Position numbers and translations under genes: made by a program
Assembly: GCA_963827165.1 (NCBI GenBank)
Contig: CAWGZR010000010.1
Coordinates: 32,001 to 96,000, forward strand
Length of the DNA: 64,000 bases
Reading direction: 5' to 3'
From: Candidatus Bathyarchaeota archaeon
Lineage (GTDB): Archaea; Thermoproteota; Bathyarchaeia; Bathyarchaeales; Bathycorpusculaceae
In this document: piece by piece, positions 62,272 to 64,000 of the stretch
How positions within the stretch are numbered: the first letter of the stretch is position 1
How the letters are laid out: the number at the start of each line of letters is the position of its first letter
Notes under the pieces: generated by a model
Database searches by the model: none
What the model saw: only the letters and a program-made list of their open reading frames with translations
What the model was told of the DNA's origin: nothing

Positions 62272-62916
62272 ATGCAAGTTTCAGGAAAAGGACGAAGAAC
62301 TCTAAGAATGATAGAGCAGTACCCAGAGCCGAAAGAGATCTTAGCAAAGATTCTGGATCCTGCAACCGATTGGCCATACAGCAAAGACTTAGATCTCACT
62401 CACAAGTCACAGCTATATTTGGCCAGGGACAGGGCCTTAGCCGCGGTCCTCTATAACGGCGAGCTCCGGATCTCCGAGGCCAGGCGCCTTCTCAAAGCAC
62501 AGTTCAAAGACAAACCCTTCCGAATAGTAGCGGTCAAGCTGTCGAAGGCCGAGAAGCACAACAAGAAAACAGGCCTTGTCATAACTCGTAAAGACCTCTA
62601 CCGGAAAGAGATCAGGTTGCCAACGAAGGGGTATCGCGGCCAGATCAGCGGCCTAATCAAGCAGTACCTGGACCTTTTGATTGATAAGGAATATGAGACG
62701 GTTCCAATTTTCAATATTGGAAATAGCCGCGTCGACCAAATCATAAAGACCAAGTTAGGTGTCCCGCCTCATTGGCTACGTGCTTACGGAGAAAACGAGC
62801 TCTACGGCCTATGGGATTATGACTTAATCGCAGTTGCCAACTACGTCCAGGTAGATCCGAGGACCCTCGCTAAGTATATTCACCGTGTACCTAACAAGTA
62901 CCTGGACCGAGAGTAA
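62272..62916 (+). CDS. Short tyrosine recombinase (catalytic domain only)
   Basis: VLYNGELRISEA, KLSK, PHWLRA, LAKYI. Confidence 0.75.
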   Translation: MQVSGKGRRTLRMIEQYPEPKEILAKILDPATDWPYSKDLDLTHKSQLYLARDRALAAVLYNGELRISEARRLLKAQFKDKPFRIVAVKLSKAEKHNKKTGLVITRKDLYRKEIRLPTKGYRGQISGLIKQYLDLLIDKEYETVPIFNIGNSRVDQIIKTKLGVPPHWLRAYGENELYGLWDYDLIAVANYVQVDPRTLAKYIHRVPNKYLDRE

Positions 62917-62956
62917 CAAAAATAGAAGAAAAAAGCCAGGGTATTAGCTTAGAAAG

Positions 62957-63109
62957 TTAAGCAGGACCGGCCTTACATTCTTTAAGCAATCCTGCAGTGG
63001 CTTCATTTGCAACTTCATCGACGCTTTTTTCTGTAATCAAAGCAATCGCCTTTAGCCTATCATGGGTTGCTTTGTTGACACACACTTTTCTAACCTTAGA
63101 TTTCTCCAT
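62957..63109 (-). CDS. Small RHH-like protein (50 aa)
   Basis: MEKSKVRKVCVNKATHDRLKAIALITEKSVDEVANEA...; GGAGGTGA Shine-Dalgarno. Confidence 0.55.
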   Translation of the reverse strand: MEKSKVRKVCVNKATHDRLKAIALITEKSVDEVANEATAGLLKECKAGPA

Positions 63110-64000
63110 TCAAATCACCTCCCTGCTCTTTCTTTAAAAGAAGTTCACTGTTGACTTTGAGTAGAATTGCTTGTGTAGCTTGAGCAGCTCTCAACTTGAG
63201 ATCACTCACCAAAATAGGATTATAATAATGTGCGGAGAAGACTGACGCGCTAACCCTGCCCTGCAGGAAATCAATCTCTTCCGGTCGTAACCATTTTGTG
63301 ACAAAAGACGCATGGTTTTCTCTAACGTCGCCAAATCTCTGTTGAATATGTTTCCTTTCCAAAGCCCTGTTCTTGAGATGGTTTTCACTGATGAGACTCT
63401 GCTTTCCAATCAGATCCAACAGTTCAAGAGGTACAAAACTAAGAAACGCCTTCTTAGTGTTCCTTATGAAAACATTCCTAAACCTGAAATGTTCAAGGAA
63501 ACCTGTCTGTGCATTATAGTATTTTTTGGCTAAAGTTTCCTCTTTCGATAGCTGTACAATCAAATTGTAGGCGTTTATTGCTTCTGAAAGTCTCAGTCCT
63601 GTCGATGCAATTAGATCCATGAAAATCGCGTATTGTGGACAGGCCTCTTTAACGGTCCTGATCCATTGAAAAATATCTTCAGAATCATCCGAACGCGAAA
63701 GCCTCTCAATAATCAAATCGTCAACGCTACGGCTAACCCACGTTAAACCGTACGTTTTTCTTAAATATTGGAATTCTTCATGGCACCCCTGGAACTTGGC
63801 TAACGCTGAAAAGGCGGCAATAATCTTGGACTGCGCGCTTAGCGAGAACTGTTTAATCGGTGAAAAATTTTTTGAAAAGTAGATGTCTGAGTACCGCATC
63901 GCTACGCTGGAGATCTGTCTATCATAATTATGGCGGTAATTCTGCGTTTTTAGGTATTTCTGAAAAGCAACCCAATCCACGTTCTTTTTGTCAAAAACGC
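63096..64000 (-). CDS. SSV-type integrase C-terminal fragment
   Basis: TGLRLSEA, IRNTKKAF, DVRE, EEIDFLQGRV, HYY; frame open to the window edge. Confidence 0.85.
   Translation of the reverse strand, partial: VFDKKNVDWVAFQKYLKTQNYRHNYDRQISSVAMRYSDIYFSKNFSPIKQFSLSAQSKIIAAFSALAKFQGCHEEFQYLRKTYGLTWVSRSVDDLIIERLSRSDDSEDIFQWIRTVKEACPQYAIFMDLIASTGLRLSEAINAYNLIVQLSKEETLAKKYYNAQTGFLEHFRFRNVFIRNTKKAFLSFVPLELLDLIGKQSLISENHLKNRALERKHIQQRFGDVRENHASFVTKWLRPEEIDFLQGRVSASVFSAHYYNPILVSDLKLRAAQATQAILLKVNSELLLKKEQGGDLNGEI

Larger units (their letters stand above)
58291..64000. mobile_element. Integrated plasmid/virus-like element at tRNA-Arg(TCT); right end outside the window
   Basis: int(N) reading into the tRNA, int(C) at the far end, SF3 helicase, RHH and wHTH regulators. 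Confidence 0.85.

Overview
Mostly archaeal DNA. The gene set (Orc1/Cdc6, deoxyhypusine synthase, pantoate kinase, archaeal CoaD, Ard1/RimI, PEF-CTERM and NosD surface proteins, many TTG starts) suggests Bathyarchaeia, by inference. The first ~4.35 kb looks bacterial (PP-loop ATPase, LOG, serine resolvase, rhodanese, MCP) and is abruptly joined mid-gene to an hsdM, probably a contig join or chimera. Many single-base frameshifts point to long-read error. 4.36-34 kb is an accessory island: a Type I RM system with two MTases (NPPF + NPPY), a DUF6884-like + GIY-YIG pair, a tyrosine integrase plus two decayed copies of its 3' end, tRNA-3'-like att remnants, queT-queC with a structured leader, several TA pairs, and a DUF3800 gene with a convergent structured ncRNA candidate. 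36-43.5 kb is a four-gene cluster with two divergent tubulin/FtsZ-superfamily proteins and two membrane coiled-coil proteins. 43.7-57.4 kb is mostly housekeeping (CoA, DHS, LarA, Cdc6, Moco, TatA, tRNA-Gln). From 58.3 kb to the end is a small integrated element at tRNA-Arg(TCT) with a split SSV-type integrase and an SF3 helicase. The most striking unexplained structure is five copies of a conserved ~60-75 bp non-coding motif. Each copy is followed by an exactly 10-bp-periodic repeat array with a different unit, and three lie directly upstream of paralogous 92-aa tandem-AbrB (MraZ-like) genes. No database searches could be run, so family calls rest on recognised motifs.
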